DNA of 24,000 bases from Aquitalea palustris (GTDB taxonomy: Bacteria > Pseudomonadota > Gammaproteobacteria > Burkholderiales > Chromobacteriaceae): contig NZ_RFAR01000068.1 in NCBI RefSeq assembly GCF_003693445.1, positions 20,354-44,353 on the forward strand, read 5' to 3'. Position 1 is the first letter of the stretch; every line of letters starts with the position of its first letter. The position numbers were made by a program, and so were the translations under genes. The notes beneath the pieces were generated by a model. It saw only the letters and a program-made list of their open reading frames with translations. It ran no database searches and was not told where the DNA came from. This document shows, piece by piece, positions 16,096 through 24,000 of this stretch.

Positions 16096-17451
16096 ATGAA
16101 TGCCTTTACCAGTTGCAACCCAGCCACCGCCGAGGTGGTGTTTACCCGTCCTGGCTGGAGCCAGGCCCAGCTTGATGATGCCCTGCAGCGACTGAAGCGT
16201 GCCCAGACCAGCTGGGCGGCCCTGAGCGTGTCCCAACGCGCCGAGCGCATGCTGCAATTGGCCGTGCAACTGGAAACCCACCGCGAACAACTGGCGGCGC
16301 TGGTGACACTGGAGGTGGGCAAACGCACCGCTGAGTGCCTGGCTGAAATCGACAAGTCGGCGCAGCTGATACGCTATTACGCCGAGTTGGCCCCCACCCT
16401 GCTGGCTCCCCAATCCATTCCCACCCAGGCCAGCCAGAGCGGTGTTGCCTTCGAGGCGCTGGGCTGCGTACTGGCGGTGATGCCGTGGAACTACCCGATC
16501 TGGCAACTGCTGCGTTTTGCCGTACCGGCGCTGATGGCAGGTAATACCTGTCTGGTGAAACCCGCGCCCTCGGTACCGCAATGCACCCAGTTGCTGCTGG
16601 AGCTGGTGCACGGCGCCGGGCTGGATTGCCTGGACATCGCCTGGATCGATCACGAGCTGGTGGAAGAAGCCATCCGCCGCAGCGACGCCGTGGCCTTTAC
16701 CGGTTCCACCCATACCGGGCGCATCATCGCCAGCCTGGCTGGCAAGCATCTGAAGAAGACCGTACTGGAACTGGGCGGCAGCAATCCCTTTATCGTGCTG
16801 GCCGATGCCGATGTCGAAGCCGCCGCGCAGGATGCGGTCAATTCGCGCTTCCGCGATGCAGGCCAAAGCTGTAATGCGGCCAAGCGCATGATCGTGGTGC
16901 CGGAAATCGCCGAGCAATTTGTTGCCGCCTTTGTTGCTGCTGCCAGCACACTGCGCCCGGGCGACCCGCGCGACCCGGCCACCACGCTGTCGCCACTGAC
17001 CCGGGCCGATCTGCGCGAGGCACTGCATGCACAGGTGCTGGATGCCTGTCATCAGGGCGCCAGCCTGCTGCTGGGTGGCCAGTTGCCTCCGGCACCCGGC
17101 TTCTTCTATCCGGCCACGGTGCTGGATCATGTGCATGCCGGCTGTCGTGTCTATCACGAAGAAGTCTTCGGCCCGGTGGCCAGCATCCTGCGTGCCCGTG
17201 ACGAGGCCGATGCCATCCGCCTGGCCAATGACACGCCGTTTGGCCTGGGCGCCTCCATCTATACCGCAGACACCACCCATGGCTGGGAACTGGCGCGGCA
17301 GCTGGAAGTGGGCAGCGTCTTTCTCAACCGCCACACCAGCTCGGATTTGCGCCTGCCCTTTGGCGGCGTGAAAGCCTCTGGCTATGGGCGCGAGCTGTCG
17401 GAGTTCGGCCTGTATGAATTCGTCAACGTCAAAACCTATTGGCAGAAATAA
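16096..17451 (+). CDS. NAD(P)+-dependent aldehyde dehydrogenase (succinate-semialdehyde dehydrogenase-like)
   Basis: 451-aa ORF with ALDH-superfamily signatures: NPATAEV, VMPWNYPIWQ, FTGSTHTGR, the catalytic Glu in LELGGSNP, the catalytic Cys in AGQSCNAAKR, and EEVFGPV. Size and N-terminus resemble the short Sad/YneI-type enzymes. Confidence 0.85.
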   Translation: MNAFTSCNPATAEVVFTRPGWSQAQLDDALQRLKRAQTSWAALSVSQRAERMLQLAVQLETHREQLAALVTLEVGKRTAECLAEIDKSAQLIRYYAELAPTLLAPQSIPTQASQSGVAFEALGCVLAVMPWNYPIWQLLRFAVPALMAGNTCLVKPAPSVPQCTQLLLELVHGAGLDCLDIAWIDHELVEEAIRRSDAVAFTGSTHTGRIIASLAGKHLKKTVLELGGSNPFIVLADADVEAAAQDAVNSRFRDAGQSCNAAKRMIVVPEIAEQFVAAFVAAASTLRPGDPRDPATTLSPLTRADLREALHAQVLDACHQGASLLLGGQLPPAPGFFYPATVLDHVHAGCRVYHEEVFGPVASILRARDEADAIRLANDTPFGLGASIYTADTTHGWELARQLEVGSVFLNRHTSSDLRLPFGGVKASGYGRELSEFGLYEFVNVKTYWQK

Positions 17452-17526
17452 GCAGCACGGCGGCCAGGGCGGCGATGCGCTACACTGGCCGGCTGTTCCG
17501 CTCCTGGCCGCCCTGCACCGTTTGTC

Positions 17527-17742
17527 ATGAAGTTTACTCTGTCATCCACCGCCATTCTCGCCGGGCTGGTCTTGCTGGCCTGCCTGGGCTATTTCGGTCT
17601 GATTGCCACCGCCCCACCCTTGCTACAGGATAGTGTCGCTGGCTGGCCGCGTTCCATCCTGCTGGCCTTGCTGCTGTTCCTGCTGTTTTTCGCGGTCACT
17701 CTCTGGCATATCCGGGCGCAAGACCGAAAGTCCGCCAGATGA
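17527..17742 (+). CDS. DUF485 (YjcH-like) small membrane protein
   Basis: The 71-aa ORF has two hydrophobic segments. It sits directly upstream of, and shares an ATGA overlap (17739..17742) with, an ActP-type symporter, as yjcH-actP do in E. coli. No clear Shine-Dalgarno is present. Confidence 0.6.
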   Translation: MKFTLSSTAILAGLVLLACLGYFGLIATAPPLLQDSVAGWPRSILLALLLFLLFFAVTLWHIRAQDRKSAR

Positions 17743-19331
17743 GTCCGGCCACGGTTTTCTTCCTGTTATTCATTGCCGCCAGCCTGCTGCTGACTCGCCG
17801 GGCAGCACGCCTCACCCGTTCTGCCGATGACTTCTATACCGCCGGCGGACAATTACCGGCCTGGCAAAATGGCTTGGCACTGGCGGGAGATTTTCTGTCG
17901 GCTGCCGCCTTTCTCGGCTCCATCGGCATGTATCTGGGGCAGGGCTACGATTCCCTGGTGTATGCGGTAGGCACGCTGGCCGGCTGGCCGCTGTTGATGC
18001 TGCTACTGGCGGACAAACTGCGGGCACTGGGGCGCTACAGTGTGGCCGAGGTAGTTGCCAGCCGTTTTGACGCGCGCTCGGTACGTCTGATGAGCATCAT
18101 CAGCTCGCTCACCATCACGCTGTTTTATCTGATCGTGCAACTGGTAGGCGCTGGCAAGCTGTTGCAGCTGCTGTTCGGCCTGCCCTATCTGGCCGCAGTC
18201 GGGCTGGTGGTGCTGCTGATGGTACTGCAAGTGGGGCTGGGCGGCATGCTGGCCACCAGCTGGCTGCAGATGACCAAGGCCGCGCTGATGCTGCTGTGCG
18301 CGCTGCTGCTGGCCGGCGGTGTGCTGCAACGCTTTGGCTACAGCGCGCCGGCCCTGTTTGCCCAGGTAGACCGGCTCAGCCATGGTCAGGCGCTGCTGCC
18401 AGGCAAGTCTCTCTCCGACCCACTGGATGCGCTGTCACTGGGCCTGGGGCTCAGCCTGGGCCTGCTGGGGCTGCCGCATATCCTGCTACGGTTTTTCACT
18501 GTGGCGGATGGCCGAGCCGCCCGCCACTCGGTGGGCTGGGCTACCGGCATCGTCGGCCTGTTTTTCCTGCTGAATATCTTTATCGGCTATGGCGCACTGG
18601 TACTGGTAGGGCCTGCTGCCCCATTCCATGACGCCGCCGGCAAGCTGCTGGGTGGCGGCAATATGGCGGCGCTGCATCTGGCCGCGCTACTGGGTGGGCC
18701 ATGGCTGCAGGCACTGATTGCCGGCGTGGCCTTTGCCACCATCCTGGCGGTGCTGGCCGGGCTGGCCATGGCGGGTGCCAGTGCCATCAGCCACGATCTG
18801 TATGCCTTGTGGCTATGCCGTGGTCAGGCCGATCCGCAGCGGGAATGGCAGCTGTCGCGGCTGGCCACCCTGCTGCTGGGCGTGGCTGCCGTGCTGTTGT
18901 CCACCCTGTTCCAGAATCTGAATATCGCCTTTCTGGTGGGCCTGGCCTTTGCCATCGCCGCCTCCAGCAATTTCCCGGTCCTGCTGCTGACCCTGCACTG
19001 GCGCGGCCTCACTGCGCGCGGGGCGCTGGCTGGCGGCTGCTGCGGCATGCTGGCGGCGCTGGGGCTGATCATCTCCGGCCCTACCGTGTGGGTGGGCATG
19101 CTCGGCCATGCCCGGCCGCTGTTTCCCTATGCCAACCCGGCGCTGTTTTCCATACCGCTGGCCTTTGCCGCTGCCTGGCTGGCCTCGGTCCTCGACAAGA
19201 CGCCGGGACGCAGCATTGACGCGGCGCAGCCACGCGCCGACACTGCCAACCAAGCTCCAGTCTCATCCGGGCCAGCCATGCAGCAAACCGACTGGCCGCC
19301 GGCACAACACCGCAATAGAAAAACCACATGA
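17739..19331 (+). CDS. Sodium:solute symporter family, cation/acetate symporter (ActP)-like
   Basis: 530-aa polytopic ORF. DDFYTAGGQLPAWQNGLALAGDFLSAAAFLGSIGMYLGQGYDSLVYAVGTLAGWPLLMLLLADKLRALGRYSVAEVVASRF aligns block-for-block with my recollection of the E. coli ActP N-terminal region. The substrate cannot be told from sequence. Confidence 0.85.
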   Translation: MSPATVFFLLFIAASLLLTRRAARLTRSADDFYTAGGQLPAWQNGLALAGDFLSAAAFLGSIGMYLGQGYDSLVYAVGTLAGWPLLMLLLADKLRALGRYSVAEVVASRFDARSVRLMSIISSLTITLFYLIVQLVGAGKLLQLLFGLPYLAAVGLVVLLMVLQVGLGGMLATSWLQMTKAALMLLCALLLAGGVLQRFGYSAPALFAQVDRLSHGQALLPGKSLSDPLDALSLGLGLSLGLLGLPHILLRFFTVADGRAARHSVGWATGIVGLFFLLNIFIGYGALVLVGPAAPFHDAAGKLLGGGNMAALHLAALLGGPWLQALIAGVAFATILAVLAGLAMAGASAISHDLYALWLCRGQADPQREWQLSRLATLLLGVAAVLLSTLFQNLNIAFLVGLAFAIAASSNFPVLLLTLHWRGLTARGALAGGCCGMLAALGLIISGPTVWVGMLGHARPLFPYANPALFSIPLAFAAAWLASVLDKTPGRSIDAAQPRADTANQAPVSSGPAMQQTDWPPAQHRNRKTT

Positions 19332-19951
19332 CCACACTGACTCTGTACGGCAACTGTTTCTCCGGCCATAGCTACAAGGTGCGCCTGGCACTGATGCTGG
19401 CCGATGTATCCCATGATTACGTTCATGTCGACCTGGCGCTGCCGCGTGCCGAACGCGCCGAAGACTTCCGCGCTGTCAGCCGCTTTGGCGAAGTGCCGGT
19501 CTTGGTGGCTGATGGCACGGCGCTGTGCCAGTCCAATGCCATCCTGCAATGGCTGGCCGACAGCTACGGCCGGCTGGACGGCGCGCCGGGCGAGGGCCAG
19601 CTGGTACGCGAGTGGCTGTGCTGGGAGAGCAACCGCATTGGTTTATCCCTACCGAATCTGCGCCTGGCACGCAAGTTTTTCCCGCAGCCGGTTGAGGTCA
19701 CTGCCTGGCTGGAGCAACGGGTGCGCGATGATCTGGCCGTGCTGGACAGCACCCTGAGCGCGCACAATTATCTGATCGGTGCCACGCCGACCATCGCCGA
19801 TCTGTCGGCCAGTGCCTATCTGTGGTGGCTGGGCGATGCCGGGCTGGACATCGCCGGCTGGCCGCATGTGGCGGCCTGGCTGCAGCGCATCAGCCAGCTG
19901 CCCGGCTGGCAGCATCCGGACGAATTGATGGCGGCGGACATTCCGGACTGA
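19328..19951 (+). CDS. Glutathione S-transferase family protein
   Basis: 207-aa ORF. It has a thioredoxin-like N-domain (LTLYGNCFSGHSYKVRLALMLADVSHDYVHVDL...FGEVPVLVADGTALCQSNAILQWLA) and a helical C-domain (PTIADLSASAYLWW). Its ATG forms an ATGA overlap with the symporter stop. Confidence 0.8.
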   Translation: MTTLTLYGNCFSGHSYKVRLALMLADVSHDYVHVDLALPRAERAEDFRAVSRFGEVPVLVADGTALCQSNAILQWLADSYGRLDGAPGEGQLVREWLCWESNRIGLSLPNLRLARKFFPQPVEVTAWLEQRVRDDLAVLDSTLSAHNYLIGATPTIADLSASAYLWWLGDAGLDIAGWPHVAAWLQRISQLPGWQHPDELMAADIPD

Positions 19952-19971
19952 AGCAAACACGGGGAAGCGTG

Positions 19972-20484
19972 ATGGAACGGCCATCCTGCATCAAACACTG
20001 GCGCGAGCTGCAACAGCCGGACAAGGCCAGTTATCCGGACAGCAGCGAGTTGCTGTCCATCGGCGCGCCGCTGGGCCGCTTTTTTGGCCTGCAGCGCATC
20101 GGCATTCATCACGAACTGCTGCCGCCGGGCCGTCGCACCTCCTGGCCCCATGCCGAAAAGACCGAAGACGAATTCGTCTACGTGCTGGAAGGCGAACCGG
20201 ATGTCTGGCTGGATGGTGTGCTGCACCGCCTGCAGCCCGGTGACACGGTGGGTTTTCCCGCTGGCAGCGGCATCGCCCACAGTTTCCTCAACAACACCGC
20301 ACACGATGTACGGCTGCTGTGCGTGGGCGACCGCGACCGCGACGACAACCAGCTGCACTACCCGCTACACCCGGCGCGCAATCGCGCGCTTGGCCCCCGC
20401 CACTGGGATGATTGCCCCGGCCAGTTGCAGGGCGGACACGATGGCCTGCCGGATGCCCTGCGTGCACAACAGGAGCATGACTGA
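19972..20484 (+). CDS. Cupin-domain protein (monocupin, about 170 aa)
   Basis: Track ORF 19822..20484, with the start moved to M51 (MERPSCIKHW). A GGGGAAG lies 5-11 nt upstream of that ATG. The cupin core is IGIHHELLPPGRRTSWPHAEKTEDEFVYVLEGEPDVWLDG...LQPGDTVGFPAG. Confidence 0.75.
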   Translation: MERPSCIKHWRELQQPDKASYPDSSELLSIGAPLGRFFGLQRIGIHHELLPPGRRTSWPHAEKTEDEFVYVLEGEPDVWLDGVLHRLQPGDTVGFPAGSGIAHSFLNNTAHDVRLLCVGDRDRDDNQLHYPLHPARNRALGPRHWDDCPGQLQGGHDGLPDALRAQQEHD

Positions 20485-21883
20485 CATGCACCAGTTTCTT
20501 GACGCCGTGGCTGCCATCATCGGGTCCGCACATCTGCTGACCCAGCCGCAGGATACCGCACCCTACACGCTGGACTACCGTCGCCGCTATCAGGGCCGGC
20601 CACTGGCGGTAGCCCTGCCCGGCAGCAAGGCAGAGGTAGCCGCACTGCTGCAGCTGTGCCAGCTGCAGCGGGTGGCCGTGGTGCCACAGGGTGGCAACAC
20701 TTCTACCTGCGGTGCCGCCACGCCGGACACTTCCGGCCGCCAGCTGGTAATCGGCCTTGGCCGGCTTAACCGTCTGCGCGCCCTCGATACCGCCAACAAC
20801 AGCATCACGGTGGAAGCCGGCATGACGCTGGCCCAGGTACAGCAGCTGGCGGCGGACGCCGGCCGGCTGTTTCCGCTATCGCTGGCCAGCGAAGGCAGCT
20901 GCCAGATCGGCGGCAACCTGTCGACCAATGCCGGCGGGCTGGCCGTGCTGCGCTACGGCACCATGCGCGAACTGACGCTGGGGCTGGAAGTGGTGCTGCC
21001 TGATGGCCAGGTGCTGCATCAGCTATCTGCCCTGCGCAAGGACACCAGCGGCCTGGACGTAAAGCAGCTGTTTATCGGGGCTGAAGGCCAGCTGGGGCTG
21101 ATTACTGCCGCCACGCTCAAGTTGTTCCCGCTGCCCACGGCCCACGCCACTGCGCTGCTGGGGGTGACCAGCAGCCAGGCGGCCATCGACCTGCTGTCGG
21201 CCTTGCGCCAGGCTTTTGGCGACCGGCTGACTACCTTTGAAATCATGTCGCAAGCCTGCCAGCAACTGCTGGAGAAATACCATCCGGGCCAGTTGCCCTT
21301 CATCCAGCCGTGGGCGGTGCTGGCCGAGCTGTCCGACAGCGGCGACAGCCATGCGCTGCAACAAAAACTGGTGGACTGGCTGGCGACCCAGGACATTGCC
21401 GACGGTGTGCTGGCGCATAGCGAGGCCGACAGGCAGCAGCTATGGCAGCTGCGCGAGGCCATGTCGGAAACCCAGAAGCGCGATGGCGCCAGCATCAAGC
21501 ACGATATCGGCGTTCCCAGCTCGGCCATTCCGGCCTTCCTGGCAGAATGCGAGACTGCGCTGACCGCAGCCTTTCCCGGCGTGCGCATCATCGCCTTCGG
21601 TCATGCCGGCGATGGCAATCTGCATTACAACATCAGCTACACCCGGCCGGACAATGCGCATTTGTTTGAGGATGAGGACAGTGTCAACGCCATCGTCTAC
21701 GACCAGGTGTATCGCCATCAGGGCACGCTGGCGGCAGAACATGGCGTGGGCCAGCTCAAGGGCCACTGGCTGCAACGCTACAAGGACCCGGTTGCCCTGC
21801 AGCTGATGCGCAGCATCAAACAGCTGCTGGATCCGCACGGGCTGATGAACCCCGGCAAGTGGTTGTCCGGCAGCGGCGACTAA
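20477..21883 (+). CDS. FAD-linked oxidase of the GlcD / D-2-hydroxyacid (D-2-hydroxyglutarate/D-lactate) dehydrogenase family
   Basis: This is the 3' part of track ORF 20084..21883. The start is at MTDMHQF (ATG 20477, overlapping the cupin stop by 8 nt). ATG 20486 is an alternative, 10 nt after AGGAG. The FAD-binding PCMH region is AVALPGSKAEVAALLQLC...VVPQGGNTSTCGAATP...ITVEAG. The C-terminus is AEHGVGQLKGHWL...IKQLLDPHGLMNPGK. Confidence 0.85.
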   Translation: MTDMHQFLDAVAAIIGSAHLLTQPQDTAPYTLDYRRRYQGRPLAVALPGSKAEVAALLQLCQLQRVAVVPQGGNTSTCGAATPDTSGRQLVIGLGRLNRLRALDTANNSITVEAGMTLAQVQQLAADAGRLFPLSLASEGSCQIGGNLSTNAGGLAVLRYGTMRELTLGLEVVLPDGQVLHQLSALRKDTSGLDVKQLFIGAEGQLGLITAATLKLFPLPTAHATALLGVTSSQAAIDLLSALRQAFGDRLTTFEIMSQACQQLLEKYHPGQLPFIQPWAVLAELSDSGDSHALQQKLVDWLATQDIADGVLAHSEADRQQLWQLREAMSETQKRDGASIKHDIGVPSSAIPAFLAECETALTAAFPGVRIIAFGHAGDGNLHYNISYTRPDNAHLFEDEDSVNAIVYDQVYRHQGTLAAEHGVGQLKGHWLQRYKDPVALQLMRSIKQLLDPHGLMNPGKWLSGSGD

Positions 21884-23526
21884 TCCAGTGCCGCCAGATC
21901 GGCGGCCAGCCGGGCCAGCAGGCCCGGCCAGTCGCCCGCCTGCTGCTGACGATACAAGCGCAGCGCCGGATACCACGACGTATGCTCTCCCTCCCAGCCC
22001 CAGCGCCAGTCGGTATGGCTGGCCGACAACAACAGCCAGCACGGCAACCCCAGGCAACCCGCCAGATGGGCCAGCGCAGTATCCACCGTCACCAGCCCAT
22101 CCAGTTGCGCCAGTAGCCCCGCCGTATCTGCCAGATCCGCCAGCCCATCCTCGCCGGCCCGCCACTGCGGCCATTGGCCCAGCCATGTCTGCTCACCGGC
22201 CTGCACCGGCAGTTGCAGGCTGAGCCACTCGATATGCGGCAGTTGCAAGAGCGCATCCAGCAAGCGGACATCCGGCAGCGAACGGAGATGATCAAAGGGA
22301 TGCCGGGCGTGGCCACGCCATACCAGGCCCAGCCGCAGCTTGCGCTGTGGGGCCGGCAGCCTGGGCGGTGGTGGCAGGACAAATCGTGCTGGCGGCGTGC
22401 GCGCCGGATCAGGCTGCAACAGCAGCGGCAAACTCATGGAAAACACATGGCAATCATGGGCCGGCAAGGCCATGTCCAGACTGGTGAGCGGCAGGAATTG
22501 CACCGGACAGCTCAGCGCCATGCTGTGCAACAGACGCATCAGCTCCGGCCGGCACACCACGGTCAGACGCGCAGCCTGCAACAAGGGCAGATAGCGGCAA
22601 AACTGCAGGGCATCGCCCAGCCCCTGTTCCAGCCATACCAGCAGATGCCGCCCGGCCAAGGACTCGCCCTGCCAGCGCGGCGAAGCAAGACATGGCACGC
22701 CCAACTCAACCGGCGGGCGCAGCAGGCGGGCTTCCTGTGCCTGCCAGCCTTCATGCCAGCGCCCCTGCGCCAGCAGCAAATAGCCCAGATTCTGCATATA
22801 GCGTGGCTGTTGCGGCTGGAGCGCTACCGCCTGCTGCCAGGCGGCTTCGGCACGCTCGGCCTGCCGCAGCTCGCTGCAGGCCAGTCCCCAGATGGATGCC
22901 TGGTAGGCATCCGCCTGGGCAAGCGGCACATATTGCTGCAGCAAACGCATGGCCTCCCTGGCCATGCCTTGTTGCAGACAAGCCGCCGCCAGTGCCACCG
23001 CCTCTGCTCTCGTCAACAGGGGCAAATGCAATGCCCGCTGCAACAGCTCCGCAGCCGCCAGCCATCGCCGCTGTCGCTGGTACAGCAGCAGCAGATCGTG
23101 CAGCGCCACCACATGATCGGGCCGCAAGCGCAACAAACGACGCCAACAGGCTTCCTCCTGCTGCGTGCGGCCATCTTGCTGATAACGCCGCGCCAGGCGG
23201 TACAGGCTGTCCTGGTGTCGCGGGTTGCGCGCCAATTCCGCCTGGTAATGCAGCACGGCCTGGGCCGTGTCGCCGCCGTCCTCATTCAGGCAACCCAGGT
23301 TGTAATGGGCGTCGGCCACTGCCGCATCCAGTTGCAGCGCCTGCTGCCAGCATTGGCGGGCCAGCTCGCCCTGCCCCAGCCTGGCCGCACAGACGCCCAG
23401 CAGATTCCACATCGGCGCATTATCCGGCTCGGCCTGCAGGCAATCCTGTGCGGCCAGCAAGGCTGCGGGCAGATTCTGCTCGGCCAGCAGGGTTGCAGCA
23501 CGCAGGGCCAGTGGCGACAGCATCAT
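21880..23526 (-). CDS. TPR-repeat protein fused to a glycosyltransferase family 9 (heptosyltransferase-like) domain
   Basis: Track ORF 21880..23529. The first codon is TTG; I prefer the ATG at 23526, which has GGAGG 8 nt upstream. The N-terminal roughly 260 aa are TPR-like (repeated A..Y/W..LG....G....A). The C-terminal domain has LLVWLEQGLGDALQFCRYLPLL and VTVDTALAHLAGCLGLPCWLLL, typical of TPR-GT9 proteins. Confidence 0.7.
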   Translation of the reverse strand: MMLSPLALRAATLLAEQNLPAALLAAQDCLQAEPDNAPMWNLLGVCAARLGQGELARQCWQQALQLDAAVADAHYNLGCLNEDGGDTAQAVLHYQAELARNPRHQDSLYRLARRYQQDGRTQQEEACWRRLLRLRPDHVVALHDLLLLYQRQRRWLAAAELLQRALHLPLLTRAEAVALAAACLQQGMAREAMRLLQQYVPLAQADAYQASIWGLACSELRQAERAEAAWQQAVALQPQQPRYMQNLGYLLLAQGRWHEGWQAQEARLLRPPVELGVPCLASPRWQGESLAGRHLLVWLEQGLGDALQFCRYLPLLQAARLTVVCRPELMRLLHSMALSCPVQFLPLTSLDMALPAHDCHVFSMSLPLLLQPDPARTPPARFVLPPPPRLPAPQRKLRLGLVWRGHARHPFDHLRSLPDVRLLDALLQLPHIEWLSLQLPVQAGEQTWLGQWPQWRAGEDGLADLADTAGLLAQLDGLVTVDTALAHLAGCLGLPCWLLLSASHTDWRWGWEGEHTSWYPALRLYRQQQAGDWPGLLARLAADLAALD

Positions 23527-23558
23527 CAAACAGCCCTCCGTGCATGGGAACAGATGGT

Positions 23559-23580
23559 AAAAAGCCGCCCGTAGGCGGCT
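23559..23580 (-). terminator. Rho-independent terminator of the chemoreceptor gene
   Basis: The minus-strand RNA reads agccgcc-uacg-ggcggcu-uuuu. It has a 7-bp stem, a UNCG-type tetraloop and a short U-tract, about 22 nt after the MCP stop. Confidence 0.7.
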
Positions 23581-23601
23581 GCGCTAGTGCATTTTAGCGG
23601 C

Positions 23602-24000
23602 TTACAGCCGGAACTTGGCAAACTCGCCATTCATCTGCCCAGCCTTGCCGGCAAGGCCCTGCAAGGTATCGCTGGCCTGCTGCAGCAGGCTGTCGTTTTC
23701 CAGCACCCGGCTGTTGATCTGCTCCGAGCTTTGGGCAATCAGCGTGCTGGCATTGTGCTGTTCCTGGGTGGAGTGGGAAATCTCCGACATCTTGCTCACC
23801 ACTTCCAGCATGGAATGGCGGATGGACTGGATGGTGGCCACCGCCTGCTGGGTGAGCAGCACACCATCGTTCACCACGGTCACCGTCTGCTGCACATCGC
23901 CCACCGCCTTGCCGGTTTCGCTGCGAATGGCGGTCACCATGCCGGCAATCTGCACCGTAGCCTGGGCCGTGCGCTCGGCCAGCTTGCGCACTTCGTCGGC
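23602..24000 (-). CDS. Methyl-accepting chemotaxis protein, C-terminal signalling domain (5' part lies outside the window)
   Basis: The frame stays open to position 24000. The track 'M' at 23991 is an internal GTG. Read through, it gives ADEVRKLAERTAQATVQIAGMV...SHSTQEQHNAS...FRL, the canonical MCP signalling and adaptation region. Confidence 0.9.
   Translation of the reverse strand, partial: ADEVRKLAERTAQATVQIAGMVTAIRSETGKAVGDVQQTVTVVNDGVLLTQQAVATIQSIRHSMLEVVSKMSEISHSTQEQHNASTLIAQSSEQINSRVLENDSLLQQASDTLQGLAGKAGQMNGEFAKFRL

Noticed and set aside
15831-16175. A 114-aa ORF in the luxR-aldehyde dehydrogenase spacer.
   Set aside because: It reads straight through the strong intrinsic terminator at 15929..15955 and into the aldehyde dehydrogenase gene in another frame. 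It has no Shine-Dalgarno and a low-complexity translation.
19822-20476. Upstream extensions of the cupin ORF (19822..19971) and of the oxidase ORF (20084..20476).
   Set aside because: They overlap the preceding genes in other frames and have no homology-like sequence. Internal ATGs with Shine-Dalgarno motifs (19972; 20477 or 20486) fit the conserved N-termini.
1-24000. I looked for tRNA or rRNA genes, CRISPR repeats, IS or transposase and integrase genes, toxin-antitoxin pairs and known defence-system signatures.
   Set aside because: None was found. There are no regularly spaced direct repeats, no T-arm-like GGTTCGAATCC motifs, and no ORFs with transposase, integrase, nuclease-NTPase or other defence-type motifs apart from the housekeeping RecBCD.

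Overview
This is a high-GC chromosomal segment. Gene content and composition suggest a beta-proteobacterium of the Neisseriales/Chromobacteriaceae type, but that is inference only. All product calls come from reading the ORF-track translations, plus one hand translation (recD), against family motifs I know. No database search was run.

Gene order:
- (-) recD 5' part, an orphan periplasmic binding protein, a two-domain PPK2, recB, recC.
- (+) a SirB2-like membrane protein, then ubiU-ubiV-ubiT (O2-independent ubiquinone biosynthesis).
- (-) a LysR-type regulator, then a 1,017-bp ORF-free AT-rich gap.
- (+) a LuxR-type regulator with no synthase gene nearby.
- (+) a tightly packed cluster: aldehyde dehydrogenase, DUF485, ActP-like symporter, GST, cupin, FAD-linked oxidase.
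- (-) a TPR/GT9-like glycosyltransferase fusion and the 3' part of a methyl-accepting chemotaxis protein.

I found no rRNA, tRNA, CRISPR array, transposase, integrase or phage gene, and no recognisable defence system. I cannot honestly point to a clear novel multi-gene system.

The parts most worth a second look:
1. recD is separated from recC-recB and translationally coupled to a PPK2 and an exported binding protein.
2. A lower-GC LysR/LuxR island holds a 1-kb non-coding gap and a perfect 12-bp inverted repeat.
3. A structured roughly 175-nt tail lies between the luxR stop and its terminator.
4. The six-gene carboxylate-type cluster has an unusual enzyme mix.

The many long ORFs antisense to the real genes are high-GC mirror ORFs.
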